Positions 19,823 through 28,529 of a DNA stretch of 64,000 nt are shown one piece after another. The notes under the pieces were generated by a model. It saw nothing but the letters and a program-made list of their open reading frames with translations, ran no database searches and was not told the origin of the DNA. Numbering within the stretch: position 1 is the first letter of the stretch; each line of letters starts with the position of its first letter. Made by a program: the position numbers and the translations under genes. The DNA is from Myxococcota bacterium (GTDB lineage: Bacteria; Myxococcota_A; UBA796; UBA2385), in NCBI GenBank assembly GCA_044344255.1, contig JBIJDH010000026.1, positions 32,781 to 96,780 of the forward strand, written 5' to 3'.

Positions 19823-21199
19823 ATGCCCTGGTTCCGTGATCGCAGGCTCCTCTTCGCCCTCGCCTTGGGCCTCGTGGTCCGCCTCCTGTTCGCCCTCAGC
19901 TCGTACGACGACGCCTGCATCCGCGACGAGTGCACCTACCTCAAGATGGCGGAGCGCCTCGTGTCCGGGCAGGGCATTACGAGCTCTGCCGGCTGGCTCT
20001 GGGCCCCGGGCTACCCCTTCCTGCTCGGCGTCGCCAAGTACCTTTTCGGCTACGGCGCCGGGATCGTGGCGCTCCAGATCGTCTGCGCGGGAGTCTCGGC
20101 GGTCCTGGTGTACGCCATGGCCCTGCGGGCCTTTGAGGGTGACACCCGGGTGGCCCGCACCGCTGCCTTGCTGTACCTGTTGTCGCCGCACCAGGCCTTC
20201 TTTTCGACCCGGCTCTGGAGCGAGGTGATCTACGGCACCATCCTCCTTGGCGTCCTGCTGCTGATCGACCGCGCCCGCCGCCAGGCCGCGGGCGCCTCGC
20301 CGGGGAGCGGCCTCCGCACCGCTGCCCTCGTGGGCTTCCTCGCGGGTACGTGCGTGCTCTTCCGCGGCGTGGCCACCTATATGGTGCCCATCCTCGCCCT
20401 CGGCTTCATCTGGGGGCGCTGGCGGCTCCGCGTCGCCCAGAAGCAGGTGGTGATGATGGTCGCGCTGACCGCGATCACGGTGGCCCCCTACAGCGCCTAC
20501 GCCACGCACAAGTTCGGCGCCTTCGTCATCACCGACCGCACCCTCGGCCAGATGATGTACCTCGGCAACAACGACTTCGAGCCCATCAGCTTCGACTACG
20601 GCAACGGGGAGCTCAGCAAGCGGGCCTTCGACCGGGAGCGGGCGAAGGGCCGCGAGCCCTGCGCGGCGCGCGCCAACGCGATGGACCGTGACACCTGCCA
20701 GACGCAGGAGGGTGTGCGGTGGATAGAGGAGAATCCGCTCCAGTTCGTGAAGCGGATGCCGCTTCGGGTGGCGCAGATGCTCACGCCGCACACCCTGCTT
20801 ACTCGCCACCTCCGCTGGGATCGCTGGCCGGGCATGCCCTGGTGGCTCGATGAGGCCCTCATCCTCTGGACGGTCGGCTGGTCGCTGGTGGTGCTGCTCG
20901 TGGGCGCCCCCGCGCTCGCCGCCCGCGCCAAGGGGGCGATCGGCCTCGTCATCGGCCTCATCCTCCTCTACCATGTGGCGGCCATCTCGGTCCTCGCTGG
21001 GATCTCCCGCTACCGGGTGCCGCTCGAGCCCTTCTTGATGGTCTACGCCGCGGCCGCCCTCGCGCGGCCGGCCGACACCTGGGAGGCGCTGCGCCGCCAC
21101 CGCTGGCGGCTGGGCCTGAGCGCGCTGGTTCTCCTCGTGATGCTGCCGCTCGTGCTCTGGTTCCTCCCCGCAGGCTGGCCGGAGTGGCGCCACTGGTAG
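19823..21199 (+). CDS. ArnT/GT39-like (GT-C) membrane glycosyltransferase
   Basis: DE..Y..MA after TM1, PGYPFLL, WSE, RYRVPLEP; many TMs. Confidence 0.75.
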   Translation: MPWFRDRRLLFALALGLVVRLLFALSSYDDACIRDECTYLKMAERLVSGQGITSSAGWLWAPGYPFLLGVAKYLFGYGAGIVALQIVCAGVSAVLVYAMALRAFEGDTRVARTAALLYLLSPHQAFFSTRLWSEVIYGTILLGVLLLIDRARRQAAGASPGSGLRTAALVGFLAGTCVLFRGVATYMVPILALGFIWGRWRLRVAQKQVVMMVALTAITVAPYSAYATHKFGAFVITDRTLGQMMYLGNNDFEPISFDYGNGELSKRAFDRERAKGREPCAARANAMDRDTCQTQEGVRWIEENPLQFVKRMPLRVAQMLTPHTLLTRHLRWDRWPGMPWWLDEALILWTVGWSLVVLLVGAPALAARAKGAIGLVIGLILLYHVAAISVLAGISRYRVPLEPFLMVYAAAALARPADTWEALRRHRWRLGLSALVLLVMLPLVLWFLPAGWPEWRHW

Positions 21200-21231
21200 G
21201 CGGTGCCTCGGCGCTTGAATTAGTGGCTCGG

Positions 21232-22842
21232 ATGTCCCGGCTGACCCTTGCCTGCCCTCGAGACTCGGCGCGCCACCGCGCCGCGCCGCTGGCCTCCGCC
21301 CTCCTCGTGGCCTGCTCCGGGGAGCCCACCTTGCCCGCAGGGGCCTCGGGGGAGCCCGACATCGTGCTGCTGAGCGTCGACACGCTGCGCGCCGATCACC
21401 TCGGCGTCTATGGGTATGGCCGCGACACGAGCCCCACCTTTGACACGCTGGCCCGCGACGGAGTCCGCTTCTCAGCGGCCCGCAGCGCCTCTCCTTGGAC
21501 GCTCCCCGCGCACACGACCATGCTCTCCGGGCAGCTCCCCGAGACCCACCACGTCGTCGAAGACACGCTCTCGCTCGACGCCGGCGTCCCCGTGCTGCCC
21601 GAGCTTCTCCAGGCGAAGGGCTTCGCCACGGGGGGCTTCGTGGCCACCCTCTATGTCTCCCGCCTCTTCCACTTCGAGCGCGGCTTCGATCAATTCGAGG
21701 ACTTTGACCTCAAGACCGAGCGGCAGAACCTCGCCGGGGAGGTCACCGCCGAGGACGTGGTGGACAAGGCGCTCTCCTGGTGGTCGGCCCAGCCGCCGGG
21801 GAAGCCCGTCTTCCTCTTTCTGCATGTATATGATGTTCATTATCAGTATGATCCGCCGGCGCCCTACTCTACCCTCTTTGATCGCGCGCCAGAAGGCGAT
21901 GACGCCCGTTACAAGAGCTACGCCTTCTACAAGAAGAAGAAGCTCAAGGCCGCGCAGATGGAGCATCAGGTCGCGCAGTATGACGAGTCGATCCGGTACG
22001 TGAATGATCAGGTGGCGCGGGTCGCCGCCGCGGCCGCTGCCGCAGGTCGGAAGATTCGATGGGCGATCACGGCCGATCATGGGGAAGAGTTCGGCGAGCG
22101 CGGCTCCTGGGGGCATGCCCATACCCTGTACAATGAGCAGCTCCACGTGCCGCTGATCTTGTCCGGTGAGGGTGTCCCTGCGGGTCTGGTCGTGGACAGA
22201 CCGGTCGGCACGCAGGACATCGCCCCCACCCTCGCCGCGTGGGCCGGGGCCACCGGCCTCCAGGCCGACGGGCTCGATCTCAGCGCCCTCCTCGCCGGGG
22301 CCAGCCTCCCTGAGCGGCCCTTCCCCGCCGAGACGAGCCGCTTCAAGACCAACCGGATCGGGCTGCTGGAGGGGCCCTACCGCATCGAGTGGGACCTCGA
22401 GCACGACCGCGCCGAGGTCTTCGACACTCGGGTCGACCCCGCCGAGGCGAAGCCGCTCGCCGATCCCGCGCTCCGCCAGGCCCTCCAGGCTCGGGTGGAG
22501 GCGGTCTGGGGCCTGCCGTGGGAGGCCAAGGTCGCCGGGAAGGTGCGCAGCACGGGAGTCATCCTCTCGAAGGGCCGCCACACCGAGCTCGTCGTCGCGC
22601 CGGGTGACCGCTTCCTCGTGATGCCCCCCGACGCGGACCTCCACTTCGAGGGCGCGTCCGGGGTGGCGGGGCCCTACCGCGCGGCCGGCGGGGCGCAGCC
22701 CGGTCCGTCGGACCCCGTCTCCTGGGGCGGCCAGGGGAGGGTGAAGGGCGTCGAGCTCGACGCACAGACGCGCGAGATGTTGGAGAAGCTCGGCTACGTT
22801 CAGGGTGAGGAAGAGGCCCCGGCCGGGGCTCCCGAGCCTTGA
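21232..22842 (+). CDS. Sulfatase-like lipoprotein
   Basis: LVAC lipobox; SVDTLRADHLG, ASPWTLPAHTTMLSG, HVYDVH, ADHGEEF, WGHAH, LEKLGYVQ. Confidence 0.85.
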   Translation: MSRLTLACPRDSARHRAAPLASALLVACSGEPTLPAGASGEPDIVLLSVDTLRADHLGVYGYGRDTSPTFDTLARDGVRFSAARSASPWTLPAHTTMLSGQLPETHHVVEDTLSLDAGVPVLPELLQAKGFATGGFVATLYVSRLFHFERGFDQFEDFDLKTERQNLAGEVTAEDVVDKALSWWSAQPPGKPVFLFLHVYDVHYQYDPPAPYSTLFDRAPEGDDARYKSYAFYKKKKLKAAQMEHQVAQYDESIRYVNDQVARVAAAAAAAGRKIRWAITADHGEEFGERGSWGHAHTLYNEQLHVPLILSGEGVPAGLVVDRPVGTQDIAPTLAAWAGATGLQADGLDLSALLAGASLPERPFPAETSRFKTNRIGLLEGPYRIEWDLEHDRAEVFDTRVDPAEAKPLADPALRQALQARVEAVWGLPWEAKVAGKVRSTGVILSKGRHTELVVAPGDRFLVMPPDADLHFEGASGVAGPYRAAGGAQPGPSDPVSWGGQGRVKGVELDAQTREMLEKLGYVQGEEEAPAGAPEP

Positions 22843-23948
22843 CCACCGCGGGGGCCTCGGCGCCGCCGCCCGCGCGCCGGTGGTTGGTCGTCACGGTGGA
22901 CTTCCCGCCGGCCTTCACCGGAGGGATCGCGGCGTGGGCCCAAGACCTCGCCTTGGCGCTCTATGGGGCCGGCGAGGCGGTCACCGTGCTGGCCCGCGGT
23001 GGCGCCGACACCGCCGCCGCGGACGCCGCGCTCCCCTTCCCCGTGATCCGCATGGCGGGCCGCTCCTGGGGCTCCTGGCAGGGGACCTGGGCCCTCCTTC
23101 AGGCGGGACCCCACCTCGGCCCGGGCGTCATCGCCGTGGCCGCCACCTGGCGCCTCGCCACCGGCCTCGCCGCCTTCACCCGGGCCCTCGGCGCGCGGCT
23201 CGTGGTCGCCTTTCACGGCAGCGACCTGAGCACCCTCCGCTCCGCCCCCGCCGCGCTGCGCCGGGTGGTCGAAGGCGCGGACGCCCTCACCCCCGTCTCG
23301 GCCTTCCTCCGCGAGGAGCTCGTGCGGCTCGGCCTCGCCGCCGATCATGCGCAGGTCCTGCCGATGCCCCTCGCCCTGCCGCCGGCCCGCCTCGGCTCCG
23401 GGGAGGGGCTGGCCCTCGTCTGTCGGCTCACGCCCCTCAAGGGGGTGGATCGGGCACGGCGCCTCGCGCAGGCCCTGGGCGAGCCCCTGACCGTGGTGGG
23501 CGACGGACCCGCCCGTGCGCTCCTCGAGGGGCAGCCCGGCGTTCGGCTCCTCGGCGCTCGGCCTCGAGTCGAGGCGCTGCGGGTGATGGCCGGGGCCCGC
23601 GCGGTCCTCCTGCTCCCCGAGACCGACGGGCAGGGCATGGGCGCCGAGGGCCTCGGGCTCTGCTTGATCGAGGCGGCCGCCCAGGGGGTGCCCGTGATCG
23701 GCTGCCGCACGGGCGGCGTCCCCGAGGCGACCGGCCCGGGCCTGCTGCTCGAAGACCCCGACCATCCCGACCTCGCCGCCGTTCGACGCTTCCTCGACGA
23801 TCCGGCGGCCGGCCTGCGCGCCCACGCCTGGGCTCACGGGGCCCACGGGGCGAGCCGGTCCACGGCGGTCCTGCGCGCGCTCGTGGGGGAGCCGCGCCCC
23901 CGGCATCGAGGGCTGAGGCCGCCCTTCGCGGGGGGGCGACCGGGCTGA
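22839..23948 (+). CDS. Glycosyltransferase family 4
   Basis: DFPPAFTGGI, FHGSD, RL...KG, EGLGLCLIEAAA.G.PVI...GGVPE. Confidence 0.9.
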   Translation: MTTAGASAPPPARRWLVVTVDFPPAFTGGIAAWAQDLALALYGAGEAVTVLARGGADTAAADAALPFPVIRMAGRSWGSWQGTWALLQAGPHLGPGVIAVAATWRLATGLAAFTRALGARLVVAFHGSDLSTLRSAPAALRRVVEGADALTPVSAFLREELVRLGLAADHAQVLPMPLALPPARLGSGEGLALVCRLTPLKGVDRARRLAQALGEPLTVVGDGPARALLEGQPGVRLLGARPRVEALRVMAGARAVLLLPETDGQGMGAEGLGLCLIEAAAQGVPVIGCRTGGVPEATGPGLLLEDPDHPDLAAVRRFLDDPAAGLRAHAWAHGAHGASRSTAVLRALVGEPRPRHRGLRPPFAGGRPG

Positions 23949-23990
23949 TTCCCGGAGGGGGGGTTAGGTCGCGGGCTCTTCGGAGCGCCG

Positions 23991-25520
23991 ATGACCACCC
24001 CCGCCTGGGAGCCCACCGACGAGCAGCTTGGGGAGGCCGACCTCACGGCCTTCCAAGAGGCGTTGGAGACGGACTGGGACATCGCCTTTGATGAGCCCGC
24101 CGAGCTGTGGCGCTGGTCCGTCGAGGCGATGGACTGCTTTTGGCTCACCTTCAAAGACCACGCCGAGCTCCTCGCTGACACCTGGGGGGAGACGGTGGTC
24201 GAGCCCTCCGAGTCCCCTCCGGGGGCGCGCTGGTTCCCCGAAGCCAGCTTCAGCCTGGCGCGCAACCTGCTTCCGCGGCGCGATGAGGCGCTGGCGCTGG
24301 TCATCGTGAACGAAGCGGGGGTGCACCGCTGGAGCTGGGAGAGGCTGGCGGCGGAGGTGAGCCGCGTCCGCCAGGCCCTCCGCGCCGACGGGCTCCGGTC
24401 GGGTGACCGCCTGCTCCTCGGCCTCCCCGCCTGCCCGGAGGCGGTCGCCCTCTTCATCGCCGCGGCGGCCGAGGGGCTCACCGTCGCGCACCTCCCGCCC
24501 GGCTCTCCGGTCGAGGCGGCCCGAGGCCCGCTCGCGCAGCTCCGGCCGTCCTGCGCCGTAACGGTCGCGGGGGGCCTCGACCGCAGCCTCGCGGCCCTCC
24601 TGCCTGGCCTGCCGCGCGTCTCCCTCGCGCTGGGTCTCGTCGAGGGGCCTCCGGGCCTCCGGGCCTACGCCGGCTGGATCGCCCCCTTCGGCCCTATCGA
24701 GCTCGAGGCCGAGGGCCGGCCCTTCGATCATCCGCTCCTCGTCTCGTTCGTCGCGGAGGCAAGTGGGGCGGGGCTCGGCGTGGTGCACGGCGCCGGGGGC
24801 CTGTTTCTCCATCACCGAAAGGAGCAGCGCCTGGAGGTCGATCTCCGCCCCGGTGACCGCCTCCTCGCCGTCAGCCGCCCCGAGGCCGCCCCGTGGGTGT
24901 GGCTCGTGCACGCCCTAGGCGGTGGGCATGGCCTCATCTTGATCGACCCCTCCGTCACGACGGAGGCAGGGCCCGGCCGGGAGAGCGCCCTCGCCCTCGC
25001 CGCGACGGAGGCCTACAGTCACCTCTGCGGCGACGGGGCGGCCCTCCGTCTCCTCGGTCCCGCCTCGCTGGGCGGAGGCTCGCTGAGCGGGGGCTCGCTG
25101 CGCGCCTGGGTCTGCCTGGCGGGGCCGCTCTCGGAGGCGGACCGGTCGGCCCTGGAGGGGTTGGACCTCCGCGGTCGACGTGTCATCGAGCTCTGCTCGG
25201 ATCCGCTCGCCCGCTGTGTCGTCGCTGGCGGCCACCCCTGGGCCGCCGCCCGTTGGGGAGAGCTCAGCACCCCTGCGCTGGGCATGGGCATGGAGCTCTG
25301 GACGGGAGAGGGGGAGGCCGCCGAAGGTGAAGGGCTGGTCGTGATCCTCACCCCCTTCCCCGGGATGCCCGTCGCCCTGCTCGATGACCCCGGCGGCCTC
25401 CGCTTCCAAGCGGCTGGCTTCGGTCGATGGCCCGAGGTCTGGAGCAGCGGCCTTCGCCTCGTCCGCGCGGCCTCCGGCGGCTTCACGACCTGCGAACCCG
25501 GCAGCGTGACCGCGCTGTGA
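23991..25520 (+). CDS. Degenerate acetoacetyl-CoA synthetase homolog (probable pseudoenzyme)
   Basis: LWRWSVE...FW, PGARWFPEA, PFDHPL, VHGAGG...HRKE...DL retained, but SSGTTG P-loop absent and C-terminal domain missing. Confidence 0.7.
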   Translation: MTTPAWEPTDEQLGEADLTAFQEALETDWDIAFDEPAELWRWSVEAMDCFWLTFKDHAELLADTWGETVVEPSESPPGARWFPEASFSLARNLLPRRDEALALVIVNEAGVHRWSWERLAAEVSRVRQALRADGLRSGDRLLLGLPACPEAVALFIAAAAEGLTVAHLPPGSPVEAARGPLAQLRPSCAVTVAGGLDRSLAALLPGLPRVSLALGLVEGPPGLRAYAGWIAPFGPIELEAEGRPFDHPLLVSFVAEASGAGLGVVHGAGGLFLHHRKEQRLEVDLRPGDRLLAVSRPEAAPWVWLVHALGGGHGLILIDPSVTTEAGPGRESALALAATEAYSHLCGDGAALRLLGPASLGGGSLSGGSLRAWVCLAGPLSEADRSALEGLDLRGRRVIELCSDPLARCVVAGGHPWAAARWGELSTPALGMGMELWTGEGEAAEGEGLVVILTPFPGMPVALLDDPGGLRFQAAGFGRWPEVWSSGLRLVRAASGGFTTCEPGSVTAL

Positions 25521-26188
25521 GCGGTCTCCGCACCCTACTCGACGTGCTCTGGCCCGACGTGTGCCCCGGCTGCGGGGGCCTCGCCGGCACCCACGGTGAG
25601 ACGCCCCTCTGCGCCGCCTGCGACGCCCTCGTGCCCACGCTGCCCCGCGCCGTCGCCGTGCCCCCGCCCGTGGCCGGGGCCTGGGTGCTCGGCCCCTATG
25701 AGGGGGTGCTGGGGGCGCTCCTCCGGCGGGGGAAGTACCGCCCAGATCCGCTGCTGGTCGAGGCCCTGGGAGAGCGCCTCGCCGAGGCCGCCTGCGGCCG
25801 TGTCCCGCCTGTCGATCGGATCGTCCCGGTCCCGGTCACCCTCTCCCGCCGCCTGCAGCGCGGCTTCAACCAGGCCGAGCTCCTCGGCGCCCCGCTGGCC
25901 CGCGCCCTCGGCCTCCCCCTCGAGCGCGCCCTCCAGCGGGAGATCGCGGGCAAGCAGGCCGCGCTCGATCAGGCCGGCCGACAGCGCGGCGCCCGAGAGG
26001 CCTTCCGCAGCGCCACCACCCTGTCCGGCCGCGTGCTCCTCGTCGATGACGTGCTCACCACCGGCGCCACCGCCGCCGCCTGCGCCACCGAGCTCCTCGG
26101 CGCCGGGGCCAGCCGGGTGTACCTGCTCACGCTCGTCGCCAGCCGGATGGAGCCCCCCGCGCCGACGCCCGCCCGCCCCGCGGCTTGA
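25517..26188 (+). CDS. comF: ComF family (zinc ribbon + PRTase) competence protein
   Basis: GTG 25517; CPGC..CAAC, VPVP, RGFNQAE, LLVDDVLTTGAT. Confidence 0.9.
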   Translation: MSGLRTLLDVLWPDVCPGCGGLAGTHGETPLCAACDALVPTLPRAVAVPPPVAGAWVLGPYEGVLGALLRRGKYRPDPLLVEALGERLAEAACGRVPPVDRIVPVPVTLSRRLQRGFNQAELLGAPLARALGLPLERALQREIAGKQAALDQAGRQRGAREAFRSATTLSGRVLLVDDVLTTGATAAACATELLGAGASRVYLLTLVASRMEPPAPTPARPAA

Positions 26189-26196
26189 GAGTGGAC

Positions 26197-26226
26197 CAAT
26201 GTCCGAAGATTCGGACATTGTCCGAA
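26197..26226. promoter_or_regulatory. Overlapping palindromes, candidate sigma54 enhancer (UAS)
   Basis: CAATGTCCGAA-GA-TTCGGACATTG perfect 11-bp inverted repeat; third half-site TGTCCGAA forms a second palindrome TTCGGACA-T-TGTCCGAA. Confidence 0.7.
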
Positions 26227-26315
26227 GTGTTGAATGATGACCGGAGCTGAGCAATTCCGGAGACCTGGAGCGATCCGGTGACATGAGCGGCCCGGCGGCG
26301 CCGCCCTGTTTTCGA

Positions 26316-26331
26316 TGGCACGGTTCCTGCA
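26316..26331 (+). promoter_or_regulatory. Sigma54 (-24/-12) promoter
   Basis: TGGCACGGTTCCTGCA versus consensus TGGCACG-N4-TTGCW. Confidence 0.85.
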
Positions 26332-26362
26332 TAAACTGTGCTGGCCTCACCCCGGAGTCCCC

Positions 26363-26611
26363 ATGAACCTCGCCCTCCGCAGCGCCCCCTCTGCCGCCGC
26401 CTCTGCCACCTCTGGTGCTCCGCGTCGGTCCCCGGCCCCCCGCGTCGAGACCCGCCAGACCACCCTCGGCGACCTCATCTCTCTGTTCTACGACGAGTTC
26501 ATGGAGCAGTACGGCGATCCCGAGCTGGCCAGCGTGGCCGCCGCCGCCGTGATCAATGACCTCCTCTCCCGCGAGGCCAGTGAGTCCGCGTCGATGGAGG
26601 CGGCCGCCTGA
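26363..26611 (+). CDS. Small acidic hypothetical protein (82 aa)
   Basis: GGAG RBS, ATG 26363; core TTLGDLISLFYDEFMEQYGDPELASVAAAAVINDLL; own promoter and terminator. Confidence 0.8.
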   Translation: MNLALRSAPSAAASATSGAPRRSPAPRVETRQTTLGDLISLFYDEFMEQYGDPELASVAAAAVINDLLSREASESASMEAAA

Positions 26612-26639
26612 ACGGTCGTCACCACCACCCCGGGGCGAG

Positions 26640-26674
26640 CGCCGGACGTACCCACGTCCGGCGTTCTCTTTTTT
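26640..26674 (+). terminator. Rho-independent terminator
   Basis: CGCCGGACGT-ACCC-ACGTCCGGCG followed by TTCTCTTTTTT. Confidence 0.85.
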
Positions 26675-26825
26675 GGGCCCGCGCCGCGGAGCGGACCGCC
26701 GATCTTTCACCGGCGTTTTCACCCGCACGATCTCGCAGGGCCGGCCCGACCTCCCCTCCCGCGTTACAATGTTGACCCCCCTCGTGCGGCGCACGAGGTA
26801 GGTCGCCCCGCGATATCCCCGCCGT

Positions 26826-26877
26826 CCTCTTGACGCTGTCTCTTGACGCTGTCTCTTGACGCCGTCTCTTGATGCTG
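26826..26877 (+). repeat. 13-bp tandem repeat x4 (TCTCTTGACGCTG)
   Basis: cctcttgacgctg / tctcttgacgctg / tctcttgacgccg / tctcttgatgctg. Confidence 0.9.
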
Positions 26878-26952
26878 CGTCTCCCGCCGCTTCTCCGCCC
26901 GCCCCTCCTCCCGCCTCGAAGCCTCACCGCCTCCCCGGCACCGGGCTCCCCC

Positions 26953-28458
26953 ATGACGTCACCCGGCACTCCGTCGGTCCCCACCCCCGATCTCGCGCGC
27001 TCGATCTGGCTCCCGATCACCGTTCGGGTCGCCTGGGAGCTGGTCCTCGCCCGCATCAACGTTCGCCCCGACGTGCTCATCGACGCGCGTGAGCACGTGC
27101 TGCGCTGCCTCCCCGAGGGCGCAGGCGTGGATGAGGCCGAGCGGGTCGCCCCCCACCTCGTCCGCGACTACCTCGTTCGGGTCAAGGAGGGAAAGGTTCG
27201 GCGTTTTACGCCGGATCCGGACGCCTCTTTCGAGATCCCCCGCTCCTGGCGGACGCACATCCTCGCCGACCTTGACCCCTTGAGCGACGCCATCCTTCGC
27301 CTCCATTACGGCGATGGTGTCCCCCTCGAGCAGGTCGAGAAGCAGGTCGGCGCCTACAAGAGCACGGTGGCCGCCGCGGTCGATGGTCTGCGCGAGAGCC
27401 TGCGCGCCGTCGGCTCCCGGGACGGTGACGTGCTCGCGGGCTGGACCGACGCCCGCGTCGACCGCCTGCTCGGCCACATCGCCAACCTCGCCGAGCCCGG
27501 CTGCCCCGGTCCCGGCGGCCTGCTCTCCGAGGCAGGCCAGACCCACGCCGATCGCTGCCCGCGCTGCAGCCGGGCGATTCGCCTGCTCCGCGGTGGCGTG
27601 CTCGCGGCCAAGGACCTCTTCCCGCCCCCCGGCAACACCATCCTGCCGGACACGCGGGAGGGCATCTTCGCCCTGCTCGTCCACCCCGACGCCCAAAAGC
27701 ACAAGCGGAGGATGGACGAGCTGCTCGGTGACAACGTCGTCCCCGCCGGCCCCGACTGCTGGCTCGTGACCGAAAGCAAGCTGTCTGCGGTGGTCCCGGT
27801 GCTGGAGGCCCTCTGCGAGGACGCCTCCCCGCCGCGCCACCACTTCCGCGGCGCCCTCGTGGGCGGCCCGGGCCGCTGGGCGGGCAACGTCCCCCTCGGC
27901 ATGGTGGCGGTGCAGGCCATTGAGGCCGCCCGCGCTCGCCCCTGGTCGGACGTGGGCAAGGTCTGTGAGCTGCCGGCGCCCCTCCCGCAGCCCCCCAAGG
28001 CGACGGGCTGGTGGGCCTCCGCGGGCGCCCTGGCCCTGGTCGTGGTCGCGGTGGGCGCCTTCGTGTTGAGCCCCTCGGCGCCAGAGCCCCTCACGCCGCT
28101 CGACGCCGCCTTCGCCTCCACCGGCACGTCCTGGGATGTCCGCTTCGACACCCGCGATCTGGCCGTGGTCGACCTCGTCGCCCTCGACGGTGCGGGGCGA
28201 CTCTCTGTGGTCCGTCGGGACATGCGGGCCACAAAGGGGACCCTCTCCACCGGAGAGGGGGACTACCGGATGCGGGTGCCCGGTGAGGCCGTCGCCGTGC
28301 TGGCCAGCCCCGATGGGATCGCAGACCTCGACTCCCTCGTGGACGACGCCAACGACGAGCCGGCGCCGCTGCAGGCCCTCGCCAAGAAGGTGCGGGCGCA
28401 GAACGACCGCGCCGACGTCGCGGTCTCCCCGGGTGGCCACCCGGCGTCGGCCCGTTAG
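26953..28458 (+). CDS. Hypothetical membrane protein with sigma-70 region-4-like HTH and HxxxCxxC zinc motif
   Basis: LADLDPLSDAILRLHYGDGVPLEQVEKQVG...STV; C-x11-HADRCPRC; TM WWASAGALALVVVAVGAFVL. Confidence 0.6.
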   Translation: MTSPGTPSVPTPDLARSIWLPITVRVAWELVLARINVRPDVLIDAREHVLRCLPEGAGVDEAERVAPHLVRDYLVRVKEGKVRRFTPDPDASFEIPRSWRTHILADLDPLSDAILRLHYGDGVPLEQVEKQVGAYKSTVAAAVDGLRESLRAVGSRDGDVLAGWTDARVDRLLGHIANLAEPGCPGPGGLLSEAGQTHADRCPRCSRAIRLLRGGVLAAKDLFPPPGNTILPDTREGIFALLVHPDAQKHKRRMDELLGDNVVPAGPDCWLVTESKLSAVVPVLEALCEDASPPRHHFRGALVGGPGRWAGNVPLGMVAVQAIEAARARPWSDVGKVCELPAPLPQPPKATGWWASAGALALVVVAVGAFVLSPSAPEPLTPLDAAFASTGTSWDVRFDTRDLAVVDLVALDGAGRLSVVRRDMRATKGTLSTGEGDYRMRVPGEAVAVLASPDGIADLDSLVDDANDEPAPLQALAKKVRAQNDRADVAVSPGGHPASAR

Positions 28459-28529
28459 GCCAGAGGCCGCCGCCCCCCGCCGCCGCCCGTCGGCCGCTCC
28501 CCTGGCCCCCCTTCCCTGAGCCGATCCCG

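Noticed and set aside
2930..21193. Very long ORFs (2930-7039 +, 6538-11367 -, 16631-21193 -)
   Set aside because: Antisense shadows of recognisable genes; stop-poor frames are expected at this GC content and they carry no motifs
26772..26804. TTGACC, CCTCGTGC-GGC-GCACGAGG dyad, TAGGTC as a MerR-type promoter
   Set aside because: Spacer is 21 bp with a weak -10 and no MerR gene nearby; the dyad is real but its role is unsupported
26826..26877. Tandem repeat as a CRISPR array
   Set aside because: 13-bp units with no spacers and no cas genes
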